Shown here: positions 33,201-37,340 of the stretch, in pieces
Layout of the letters: each line of letters begins with the position of its first letter
Numbering within the stretch: the first letter of the stretch is position 1
Origin: a virus
Taxonomy: Duplodnaviria; Caudoviricetes
DNA: 50,919 nt
Virus record (IMG/VR): IMGVR_UViG_3300025168_000011
Span: 1-50,919 of that record
Direction: 5' to 3' (one strand)
Notes under the pieces: generated by a model
The model's input: only the letters and a program-made list of their open reading frames with translations
Told to the model about the DNA's origin: nothing
Database searches by the model: none
Translations under genes and position numbers: made by a program

Positions 33201-34043
33201 TACAAGGTAAGTGCTACCAATGCCAACGGTGATCCAACAACACTAGAGGATGTATTGATGGATCCGGCAGAAGCTGACATTCAGGTGGATCTTGCTAACC
33301 TTAAAGCTATGGGTCTTGACCTGTATAAAAACAGTGGATTTACAGTCAGAGATGACGGCAGTCGATACATTAATTACGTCGATCCAAATAAAGTTCGAGT
33401 AGTACCACCAGCAGTAACTTTGCTTGGTAACCTATCGAGAATTGATCCTAGAAAACCATTTGAGAGAATGCTTGGTGAGCTTGGTTATGATGAAAAGGAA
33501 ATGACTAATATCTACAACACAAGCTACGATAGATTTATTGGTGCTGATATAAGTGAAGATATACAACAGCAGCCTAAGAAGGACAGAGCATTGCAGACTT
33601 GGCAAGAGCATAAGCACAGTATCGACTACGCCACCAAGGCTGACATGGTTAACCTGTCTGACCAAAGAATGGCGAAGAGAGTCCAGGAGAATGAGCAGAT
33701 TACAGGGTTACCTAAAAATGCTCCAGCTAACTTCCTGGCTAAAGTTGCACGTAATCAACCCAGGGATCAATTTGCCAGAATGGTGGATGATGAGACATTT
33801 GAAGTAATTAATCTGAATCTACCAAAGAGCCTTAAGTTAATAAAGATTAACGACGGTCCTGACACTGATCCAGACAGCTACACAATTATCAATATCCGTG
33901 ATTCTAAAGTATCAAAGAAAGCCAAGGAAAGAATATTCCAAAGTGCAGCTGATGACGCAGAAACAATTGAAAGAAAGCAAAGATTTAGGTTACCAGAGAA
34001 GATACAGAGAGGTCTTAAATTAGCTCCTTCTGACTCTCGATAA
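15285..34043 (+). CDS. Giant 6252-aa polyvalent virion/DNA-ejection protein (metallopeptidase, ADP-ribosyltransferase, duplicated IEExQSDW modules, glycosylase-like domain)
   Basis: Uninterrupted 18.76-kb ORF; G/A-rich hydrophobic region near aa 800-1120; HELAH at 20289; WHG...GFYFS...GYDGII...QIKSA; two paralogous ~900-aa modules; WYEG...LSPQ...TIDTHA domain. Confidence 0.88.
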   Translation: MARPRKNPFGERKDTGIGYDGTRTNNPYARPTKSSKRRNQWDLADQANIVFEQKQEAKRRAEEARKRAADARKASEERARKRKQEEQWIFNNPEQRDKVADFHWDKNGMNVMYKDRESLGFIENRQGQVNEKIRDKNGKITYQDPLKDKNYKTDKRTGEDFVMARVPGQKQLQKTTLRTNLRLRNKYLQEKSIAELNAQKELREQQSRELDQDKKEVVQKLSRAQKLLQEEERRLKESSRGNTKGIDVKGKEDEVNRLDQEFRKIQDQENKESRSFLELQKKITRMQTNLDLHEFGLKFTEQAANTDTTQPAKTATEDQQNKRGINGSWYDADDYEGLYSSGDSVFPTQHPTVANDDGTFSNVKTITTEIDGKHYVIPSMVAGQQVDEDVAVQTAIENGLENYPSFDDSNEALDMSRFLHDKVDESGNYVGPDKIRTKAATLNATPKQDATDEDNEIQAIGNAVENNTSALKSEQAIAEYNVSKDPSEANVQKVQKVKEKIEQRKPVATLDTISKLGPKGQPAGASLAQMLANNADMMDVMKQAEILLKGKDPGWVLHKQNQEALQLKTEEVYKELQADLGYKYYGFSHEKIEPVLALLSPKTAPIVFGYEEGQEKPTDYPEFMDAKIEQNAFKALNDYASFHGMEDFVEKGAVQKKALNDREKASLAIYLSKTLKRDIEKPEGFEGPMKDTAKAARWFDDNVDLDAYANARNKINNLNQTWSDIVGIGSQFTHIPIDYKTKLGFQVRKKPGTTNTYEYKLDPGLSKNPEKIYEQETDTFLTDDGGIDERHFNFVINKVDAYSDVGPLKDSWFRFSKSFTKGISAAALFPFQTAATVWGSDNAEEFVREKRDAWFKLLDDAAPTSVATDLKSQYNTWLRVGVGAVDAAGQLLTFHVGALAAGRYITGGALVPTGAAAIVPGTKVISKIPMPKAAGTAVGKIPGVKWLNSKPILRTEIGARTGYAIGGYYSNYAMQMDAMLSEAIENGMDPETAFKELWLPGMAISGVDTASDLFLLRGGEVLKSIIPKAAYDKLLSTSAGRVSGALSNYVAKMQTEGMTEAGQTMLENLIAKGDIDDFFGVGYDPDRDLDEGVSDAYWIGSIVAGGVGGKALVGESISARSQAREYLENKRGLEKVNKAANGGQAAKNNLNDETGQENTNSDLHDQTKTYNTNTNSSLHGILKLDPNGIGGIIANTGTNRTTQDDIIHGIIQGGDPVYGAIGIGNAFPDLQILSNKEISEIRDLVNQDTQATPEQMDQAIAALEGAVFIAREVESILDTGQATQDIFVEPLIDLGIVIRDQDGKLKVNTVAGRLLPPALRSRLEQEASPEGDGNVETPTQGSTQSGQKVDDLINQGKETFDQTAESIANQDNLNFYEIAIGGMVVPYKAESMEAAQEYAEKLARIRGTDEVPVTTEVNPSEDLPELKPGKKVEPEQSPLIKTKGNIELTEAEYRAEVEKTASQKTVEQLELQKEIAENEIKVGNEEVARRAKIELELTNAELAKRQSQEAQDVDLTEQSETPTTQENVQDNPDSETVEDQDLRKREEEKEEESVQEEDAPSEERVLTSPLKLPVKEQQQKVDSFNEGSGKANVEVADLNDPEVAEKVDSDFLVAFEEATGAEVIVVQYQDDVANIPSDQRFGGVVPGREKNTIIVNADASLDKIVYAGHELAHTIKKTDKKLYDKLKKVLKDNLKAYPLIMQSVYKRGYADMGKEQGLSDVEIWENLEEEAVANIMGDLFQDKKFWDMVNGKDRSLGGKLIDAFFRFLDSLGEKISGSTKKNFNTRSALDNIDGIRKGFAEVIRESKNAKRFKKSQGYAEAFNEADTTTQAQPEPAPQQETATQMNLFAVDPRTEAEYLRLAKKPKKNEKALQKLVDKTAKKAGYEIQAWHGGHMNPKTFSEFNPDLIDSTNDLGAGFYFSSSKQDAEAYDYNLEYDSDGNQLSVDDLMAGKEGSPTVIPTFLKFNNPYTIGKTAKLKNNKQVVIKEEGQEFREAVERAGYDGIIDRRVDTRFADENYFPPKGTIHYVAFYPQQIKSAKPVTRDDQGKVIPLSQRFGESSDIRFALDPDQDARDVADEEATQRQLAEEQRREVEAEAGIRRPIRLGEFGNVRQRIGEYGTQEPGPGSFALDPEDSEFYSPLYKVFQDKFPGKASEDQARAFFKPGKTPGVTKAEADYMGINDYLDDYFGNGNKTITKAELDEFIESRQFKIEVKEHLNQFSDWTQKGGTNYRVLLFKRKKKKGEEAIFKGSHFDDDTLFHVRLKDREGPNGERILFIEEVQSDWAAKYNSDDNYRPDGNGLQEAQQRVANFFNDIVDYFNSDNKKNTKKHIGEIKKYINTLNSFRDKIITLRQETSQKIRDNKDKIIEEYAKNFNEFPAAYQFEATPDAFPDKVISKLDEYFDEVNELYNNATAFVDLTQSYLQNNLDTKDDSTDSVSALAYQITGANYLPKFNQQLGSAEISFTNSFNLLGDANSLEDVKFVEDLSEKLFEEFTVPDLPQFMDVEAAVNWRTGLPDLGIANDFLGYQNAVNNLELAEAEARTNTKDIVPYMPWVKTYIEPALKHVIRLGIKNNYDQIAWAQGFQQIQLYENTFRQNVKSIFWELNVENTNWDQGTAFAPEGFPRPQDIRNFDVLIQFEPKKDPDNLEEYGLVPLRGKGGDKDTTLDEVIGKQMANQIRSQVDQGIEDQLNPEEFNGTLEEDDMSIGGHFHKMVYDSMIPTFLKKYLKRFNATVERKPTIMGTLAVMEPDMASKTQAELDKYLKNKTKIHDKLNESIYEVTKKAGILENKIREGKQYPVQEFFNIGNLMADIVDMYRKNIPSYVRHYLGADKSDRWNLRDMYANLDDAFTNVVAEDTSVSIQDYILNVNYPLSEFFNISPNKKTDHINELLEFKKPGDQVAGESRDTFFGKFDQLYTKQDEPRDFSFYALPYDIQMESQDRQSQDRYGGSDGRKKVKELIAEKGPEILRDIIDHVERINFGKQGLTDATSAVSQVVTKLLEEQKDGVVYPQAPTITLSPQLREDASLQGPAPMFALDPAEQRQQLQSLAGQLNRGEISASQFRKKRDNIMPIVAVGAPDKLPKAGELEDALLNTETPAGKTLWETAGKPERLQDLINSEENLSEGDLVQGRLDISLAKAARANNIPLTIATIHKGSRNAINPKVTSYQPYLYVTDPTFITQSSKVSSIDIAKGAKKDVAFGMVGKYAKLDRLPSNLNTWTEVAFNPMQSSEFLDVTTKRPVVGGKSGLQVGNRIYVEDAQIMSEKDFMAMSYDDNNQFTGKFALDPEQDEATPFYSNVIKAIVDKFPKKASLDQALAFFKPGKTPGVKRAEVEYMDLPAQIQKLADEGKPITKEALVDIAEKNQFKIELVEKKSGQRWGNYTQDGGKNYKVLLFKRVPNSKGDNNYYKHDFVGGHFDPDTAFHVRIKDRKGPNGEKILFIEEIQSDWSGAYKSEEDIDNSYEIGQLEQEIENDLKFFQSIFLDNKDSIVEQFTTFKKQLKRIEKQFKVERNNLMNQLKKAAPQIEADYEAYVKNFKDLGMPLSFLNDTGAYSEPVPYRALVENNVRSVFNVSLDILERFGNTTVDGVLALIDGIKPGEITEEMKSDIRSLMRVADVHREKGPLRSQFFGLADEFTFGNTDFGLKETRQPPPGKTGTKAWRSNKTTEEIFNYLSTSAWLDKIYQKAQMTRTTLKERDVYITRNNQPAFLDKDGDDGTYGGLSSYSYEQIYEFKQKEQKIDLLRAEEQGSRDKQVGHMPYVDAYHQPALRHLVRYAVLNNYDQIAWTTGDQQIDLYEEQFRQHVKFFTWEKTTDKKYGASADVIKLQATNHENETIDIGDIPLLGKAKHHQRSDFRNSGLEKFVGKKLANQIREEYKQQEQQKKLNVKGTIQDDDLSIGGHFHKLLYDTMIPSYLKKYLEKFGAKLEYKQTEFKPPLLPPKGIAQEIAEQLEQYNPIRYEEDLDRNVDKVYSVITDFQDRALLHSLGEKLMSDDEFNTNMDNLIAALSNVMGYLRRNTPEFLTFMHGFGLRSPDNTSARRLRMKYHGETSLYRAGGWTSPIYKDHIQGTSIVAQSDHRKFLARFDLADLGKFLFYAKTWLGDDFLESRGTNGRYYRVRESLKILYLEDGYKKAGNYTFGQEFLRDADKVPERKKQYDDLKTAVLDPRSKFFDNALQSIDDFEFTEYKIDHSRLIQGIKDKQPLFSDLPQLPLSPTVVITPEMRQSLKNQPPAYALDPIEGKKLAAVKGLDNFTQAMDRAPEEAILGAYQHIPATEENEQMLDSLGDRVEQILQPKTEENSYARQAQSNAATFIGGMIKEGQPKELVNDLIDERRRLENYQGHEDLRSVIEDISYEDAVLNKPTESDRTNRQNNFIKLYNKYKSKPQSSYYKAATKALKKDFGSEWKDIAEGNDIRVIPSSFALDPDQELIGPDKLRKVSNRYKVKKGKTLPTAIVVTPTLTPQEAIDASGDIDFNGRYREQEAYEINAGEVARFPIMGRNGRKLAGQLKRTKDPDKRVFIADEIYETLIKKMQNNLRYLYNKMDKTLRKRAKLWYEGANRIAREFSNTYGLTLEKAAAIIATLSPQKDWFQNVSLAGRVIDVMTNQQDTKVTQEMVDILVDIAGRKTKRDGESKAAHAARLVKEKREMRKKLKDLNYLGKKLKDLKNEHASWFVRAYDEVNNSRSFPIISPEGDRVGIKTKRDGTPSKVGWGSYGEISSAVGAFRSTTQSEFSSMLGDKHKVRNFYVNIVDPTNPKAITIDTHAVAAALFLPLAGASEEVSQNFGTRKGISSAGKVLHGHKGTYAAFHEAYLRTANELGILPRELQSITWEQVRTFFTDTRKGVKGFLDKVRGIWQNNDGNERSRQQVEKATRELSVTGTGQTYGLPDWAISERSEDGVGTRNISGVQKDQSTKVDRRSVAGRTGTGRRKRGQSTTRGTQVNKFALEEEFQAKDKQREEAAQKILDAPKREKELEKEQKRIDRQDRRAARGYFVQGKFDYMDSRSATYDGSGRAGEEAREAGYHLDRRRTAVEEYSKEVTKEIKGKMGSSIFGFLTKGIKMRKFAADLHTYAARINAVGVDQNGEYVFQGFDARMGYIDQEKAKKMGLTEGSYISRDGATLRVGPLNEEINGHILLQRITPSEQKRFFNEFFDKYPGLAIFLERWINPDLKNDRYIASNGEPTPIFNRHALKEVFAENEFGDPGFVEGYTPDIAKLTMIGGMYYKMKSLALRQGKKFGSIGPFKSGARKVKTGAAREQGAVMNIFQGFNQRAYEAHQEKVTREHAFKILSAASKPVPANGQKPSDHVYIGKKEINDLIRGVVANLSQDSRGGKEFNELFREVLKNPENEQNLKTILLNQDSDDFSPQERKIINFLFGEENAIQFIGQDRMMDNFNYKMLTQGMASGYQPGPVMDGFLKAVDAVMGELVTGLLSGLGTIWFNWLAPQVQQGHLALQHTARGLANAASTDKENQEAANEHFRTAYHITKGLMLRRFTNWSGIDWFLKADEKTGLKNITQEDYDKGFKQLWSEGQKGKAIKVLSDRKRYYNQFFDRDRFNRNTLASAFIDTSINDSFMRDLLNLRVGSAILKAVRFQEIDVTAKQNMAYAAYRAAAQRRSKIEANKARDRGETFDRRKWENEWIKTADKTDPDIHKEAMGAALLFGFDYSNVPTWLASQDRRSKTFQRSFLTFGNFMYNYAKLLVKKSGPVTAFKAAKNYAKYLKTGKVARDGIGGSEVRNGVADTALWAMAALIWRELSGGDEEESEISPGTVGTNLTIEGEMQPNWWTQTGGKFNLDELPDWIGNSIRSYLHAYGADEGEGMELWMRGRSIPYVNALAAQGLFMNQLFGDKKADKWAVVQESWEMANEFIPFSPVTQVIVPTQYNKSQNLAQRATNLIYDSVSARVVPSPWRKLWTRMADPVYRRRYESSSIQYSPEDPTKKGYNVGTLQQIYNEVLRTTPYLSRGLPANGKVKQYKVSATNANGDPTTLEDVLMDPAEADIQVDLANLKAMGLDLYKNSGFTVRDDGSRYINYVDPNKVRVVPPAVTLLGNLSRIDPRKPFERMLGELGYDEKEMTNIYNTSYDRFIGADISEDIQQQPKKDRALQTWQEHKHSIDYATKADMVNLSDQRMAKRVQENEQITGLPKNAPANFLAKVARNQPRDQFARMVDDETFEVINLNLPKSLKLIKINDGPDTDPDSYTIINIRDSKVSKKAKERIFQSAADDAETIERKQRFRLPEKIQRGLKLAPSDSR

Positions 34044-34404
34044 TGCCTTCCATCTGCATCTTGTAGTACTTCTCAAAAGGATACTTGCTGGAATACTCAG
34101 AGTTTTCCCAACGTCTGTAAATAACATTACGCAATCGCTTTGATAGAGAGCCACCAGGGTGCTTATTTGCGCCTTCGTCAGAAGACATGGTTGCTTGTGG
34201 GTCCACGTTGTTCGGGGCTATTATAACCCGTGCAGTTGCTCCCTGTAGATCAACCAGGTCATGATACAATTCCCTGCTACACTCACGTTCTGTAGCTAAC
34301 CTAATTGTTGCTGTAAAATCCTTGCGCCTGTTAATTCCATCAACAGTACATATAATATCGCAAGCCTTAACAGGCTGATCTTCTACCACTGTATCTTCTT
34401 CCAT
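34015..34404 (-). CDS. Hypothetical phage protein
   Basis: SLSKRLRNVIYRRWE...FEKYY pattern; last gene of the leftward operon. Confidence 0.7.
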   Translation of the reverse strand: MEEDTVVEDQPVKACDIICTVDGINRRKDFTATIRLATERECSRELYHDLVDLQGATARVIIAPNNVDPQATMSSDEGANKHPGGSLSKRLRNVIYRRWENSEYSSKYPFEKYYKMQMEGIIESQKELI

Positions 34405-34628
34405 CCTTCAATATCGTGAATCTCACAAAGATCCATTATAGCATCCTTCTTAGTTTTTCCATAGCCACAAGGGTCGATTGAGTGCTTTGCCATGAATTTA
34501 ACAATGTCCCTAGAACCATACCAGGCAATCCATTCTCCCTCGTCATTGGAAGCATGGATTTTGTTATTATTTATGAACGCCCTTGATGGGGTTTTTCCGT
34601 CGTGTGTCTTGGGGCTGAATTTTCCCAT
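34383..34628 (-). CDS. Hypothetical protein
   Basis: 81-aa ORF overlapping its neighbours. Confidence 0.55.
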   Translation of the reverse strand: MGKFSPKTHDGKTPSRAFINNNKIHASNDEGEWIAWYGSRDIVKFMAKHSIDPCGYGKTKKDAIMDLCEIHDIEGWKKIQW

Positions 34629-34762
34629 TGGTTACTCCAATCTAGTATTCTCTTAAATTTGTATTCGTTACTTTCTCCAAAGTGTATCTCAGTGAGAGTA
34701 CCGAAAAGTTTTGGATCGTGCTTAACAATGTCTTCTGCTATTTGCTCAAGTGTTGTCTGCAT
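34571..34762 (-). CDS. Hypothetical protein
   Basis: 63-aa ORF in the leftward operon. Confidence 0.45.
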   Translation of the reverse strand: MQTTLEQIAEDIVKHDPKLFGTLTEIHFGESNEYKFKRILDWSNQWENSAPRHTTEKPHQGRS

Positions 34763-34771
34763 ATTTTTAAG

Positions 34772-34853
34772 TAGTCAGTAAAGTGTTCAACTCAGGATGT
34801 GTCTAACAAACCTGCTCCGTAGTTCTCCTACGATTGCTATTCTTTACCGACTA
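34772..34853 (-). ncRNA. Candidate structured intergenic RNA (multi-stem)
   Basis: 12-bp closing stem enclosing two hairpins. Confidence 0.35.
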
Positions 34854-34866
34854 TTTTCCTTAGTGA

Positions 34867-35214
34867 TTAAAAGGGAATCTCATCCGCATTTTCGACCATC
34901 TTATTCGAGTATGTAACTTCTTTTGCCATTGGTCTTTCAGATTGAGAAGCCTGCGATCCTTGAAAGTTTTGTTGCTGTTCACCATCTCTATCCTGCTGTT
35001 GCGCTCCTGAAAAATCAGCATTGCCAACAAACGGCATCTTTGAGCCTGAATCCCTCTCCTCTTTTGTAGACTTCTGAACAATACCCCAAGTACCGAATTG
35101 AGACTTCGGTGTAGGAATTAAAACAAGGTCACAATAGGTTCCTTTTTTACCTTTAAAGAATCGATCCTTATCAAGTTTCGATACATCTACTTTTACGTTT
35201 ATTTTTTCTGCCAT
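34867..35214 (-). CDS. Single-stranded DNA-binding protein-like
   Basis: KVDVSKLDK..FFKGKKGTY.DL...GNA core, Q-rich linker, acidic DEIPF tail; next to the annealase. Confidence 0.75.
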   Translation of the reverse strand: MAEKINVKVDVSKLDKDRFFKGKKGTYCDLVLIPTPKSQFGTWGIVQKSTKEERDSGSKMPFVGNADFSGAQQQDRDGEQQQNFQGSQASQSERPMAKEVTYSNKMVENADEIPF

Positions 35215-35234
35215 GTATTTTTATTACTGTTGTT

Positions 35235-35274
35235 AAAAAAAGGGCAGCCAGGATTACCATGAACCTGACTGCCC
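35235..35274 (-). terminator. Rho-independent terminator/attenuator between the annealase and SSB genes
   Basis: Minus strand GGGCAGTCAGG-N11-CCTGGCTGCCC followed by T7. Confidence 0.75.
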
Positions 35275-35285
35275 TACCCCATTCA

Positions 35286-35939
35286 TTAGGCTGCCTTATC
35301 AGCAACCTCAGAAATTTCTTTGTTCATCTGCCCTATCAAGTGCCAGAGCCGGAATGCGTCATCGCTCAAAGATTGACTCAATACCCCATTACGCCATTGC
35401 GTTAACCTCTCACGCTCGCTTGGACCTAGCTCAACTAGTGCCTTACCTTTTAAGGTTGAAGCCTTTTTCCATTCACCTAATGGGTACTTAGGAACATCTC
35501 GATCCTCCTTCGCATATTCCGAGTCGATATAAGGATCATCTATTCCTCGGCCCTGATAAACAGAAAGACCTACACCCATAAAGCTTGAAGCTTTGCTCAT
35601 GAGATTGGTTTGAGCTTTTTTCCTGCCTTCAGCGAAATTACCCTTAAAAATTCGTGCATCTCCCACAGCGGGAACAGTACATTTTTGCCCTTTGTGATTA
35701 TACCACAAATGACCCATGGCTGCTATGAATCCATCTTTTTCAATGTATTCATCAACATGAATTCCCCATCCCCATCCTTGCATACCTAACTCTTGTGTAA
35801 GGCGTTGAAGGATGTGATAGGCATCTATCACGGTCATTGTTCTACCGCCAAGTTTCAGTTCTTTATAAGCACTTGAGGGAAGCGGTTGAGCGAGCCTATG
35901 AAATAGCTCACGGTCAGTTAGTTCTTTTGAAGTCTCCAT
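35286..35939 (-). CDS. Rad52/Rad22-family (Sak-like) single-strand annealing protein
   Basis: LAQPLP...IDAYHILQRL..ELG..GW...KKAQTN..SKA.S.MGVG..VY. Confidence 0.8.
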   Translation of the reverse strand: METSKELTDRELFHRLAQPLPSSAYKELKLGGRTMTVIDAYHILQRLTQELGMQGWGWGIHVDEYIEKDGFIAAMGHLWYNHKGQKCTVPAVGDARIFKGNFAEGRKKAQTNLMSKASSFMGVGLSVYQGRGIDDPYIDSEYAKEDRDVPKYPLGEWKKASTLKGKALVELGPSERERLTQWRNGVLSQSLSDDAFRLWHLIGQMNKEISEVADKAA

Positions 35940-35983
35940 ACGTCTGTTTTATACTTTTAAGTTAATATTACTAGTGTCGTGTC

Positions 35984-36011
35984 ATTCTATTAAGGTTGAC
36001 ACATAATGCAA
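35984..36011 (-). promoter_or_regulatory. Leftward promoter for the recombination operon, with a TGTGTCAAC box in the spacer
   Basis: Minus strand TTGCAT-tatgtgtcaaccttaa-TAGAAT. Confidence 0.55.
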
Positions 36012-36021
36012 CAAAAAAATT

Positions 36022-36564
36022 CTATCCGTTCAAAACAGGCATTTCGTCCTTTCTCATTGCACCCCTCTCAACAGCCTCTTCAAATCGAGCCATGACTATA
36101 TTGTAAGTATCACCGTCACCATTCTTGGAACCTTGATCTTCAGCTTGTTTGTCCAGGCCAAATATCTTTGCCCTTCGGTTTAAAGCAGACAACAATTGCC
36201 CGGCAGCAGCGGAGTCTACTCTGACGTTTCCCTGGGCATCATTGTAAATTAAGTTTTCCCGGATTGTCTCAATTAGTTCGGCAGTAGCCTGAATTTGAAA
36301 AGCAACCTCATTGTCATGAAGTTTGGTTATTTCCTCAGCGCATAAAGCAGTAGCGTGTTGTAAATAACGACTCACCCTAGATGGATGAACCTTTAAAACT
36401 TCAGCGATTTGCTTACCAGTCTTACCTTCTGCATTAAGCTCAACGGCTTTCTGAATCTTTTGGTATAGAGTTAAAACTTTACTCTTTGATGATCCTTGTT
36501 TTTTTGAAGCAATGATTTGCTTTTTAACCCGCTTCCTAGCACCTTGGCCTTTATTTTTTGTCAT
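36022..36564 (-). CDS. HTH protein, putative terminase small subunit
   Basis: AVELNAEGKTGKQIAEVLKVHPSRVSRYL HTH followed by RRAKIFGLD helical motif. Confidence 0.65.
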   Translation of the reverse strand: MTKNKGQGARKRVKKQIIASKKQGSSKSKVLTLYQKIQKAVELNAEGKTGKQIAEVLKVHPSRVSRYLQHATALCAEEITKLHDNEVAFQIQATAELIETIRENLIYNDAQGNVRVDSAAAGQLLSALNRRAKIFGLDKQAEDQGSKNGDGDTYNIVMARFEEAVERGAMRKDEMPVLNG

Positions 36565-36880
36565 CTTCTAAATAAGGTTCTGAACCCTGGGTTGCATAGA
36601 GTAACCAATTGTCATCTCCTAGTACCCGTGAGACTTCGCAGGTAGCTCCCAGTTCTAAGGCTCGCAGGCTTAATTTGAACCCCACACCTATCATTGCTGC
36701 TATGATAGCGCATTCCCGCATTTCCTTTCCCATGTGGAGTAAATCCTTTTTTCCCACTGACTCGTAAATTTCATCTCTCAATGAAGGGGCTATTTTTGAA
36801 CCGATCATGTCTAAACGACTATCGGTAATAGGAACATCGGGCAGCGTTATTGAGAAGTCCTCTTCAATCTTTTTACTCAT
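36551..36880 (-). CDS. Hypothetical protein
   Basis: ORF in the leftward operon; start at MSKK is likely. Confidence 0.6.
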   Translation of the reverse strand: MSKKIEEDFSITLPDVPITDSRLDMIGSKIAPSLRDEIYESVGKKDLLHMGKEMRECAIIAAMIGVGFKLSLRALELGATCEVSRVLGDDNWLLYATQGSEPYLEDDKK

Positions 36881-36888
36881 GTGACACA

Positions 36889-37110
36889 CTACGCCACCAA
36901 TAATGTGTCTACAAGTTGAACAAGTGAGTCAATGTTATCTTTAAATAACAATTTAAATGGTTCAGCAACACCTTGGTCAATCCAATATCGGGTTGCTGTC
37001 TCATGAGTTATCTTCTGATCAGCTAGATAGAACTGCGCCTCTAAGTTATTGAAACTGAGAATACGGCCGTCATCTAGCTCAACTATTTGGGAGTTTTGAG
37101 AACTAAGCAT
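36889..37110 (-). CDS. Hypothetical protein
   Basis: 73-aa ORF; first gene of the leftward operon. Confidence 0.6.
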   Translation of the reverse strand: MLSSQNSQIVELDDGRILSFNNLEAQFYLADQKITHETATRYWIDQGVAEPFKLLFKDNIDSLVQLVDTLLVA

Positions 37111-37111
37111 A

Positions 37112-37126
37112 TGATAATGATTATCA
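37112..37126. promoter_or_regulatory. Perfect Fur-type 7-1-7 palindrome
   Basis: TGATAAT-G-ATTATCA overlaps the putative -10 (TTGCTT-N18-GATAAT, minus strand). Confidence 0.45.
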
Positions 37127-37340
37127 ATAAGCTACATCGAGTAAAGCAAGAAAGTGATAAATTATCGTAATTTAGTTGCACTATCCTTACCCGTTGAACA
37201 CCATGAAGTAATGACTAATCTCTGCATTACAAAAAGTTAATAACTTACTTCAGTATCGAAACGTATTCAACATTTTTCCATAAATGAGTCATGTTAAACT
37301 AATATTTGTGTCAGTATGATATATAAGCGACATTTGCGCC

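Noticed and set aside
15401-33807. Dozens of short alternative-frame and antisense ORFs inside the giant gene
   Set aside because: Shadow ORFs with no motifs or translation signals; expected by chance inside a long real CDS
15285-34043. Virion RNA polymerase (N4- or crAss-like) as the identity of the giant ORF
   Set aside because: I found no DxDGD/DFDID or T7-like polymerase motifs; the domains match polyvalent effectors instead
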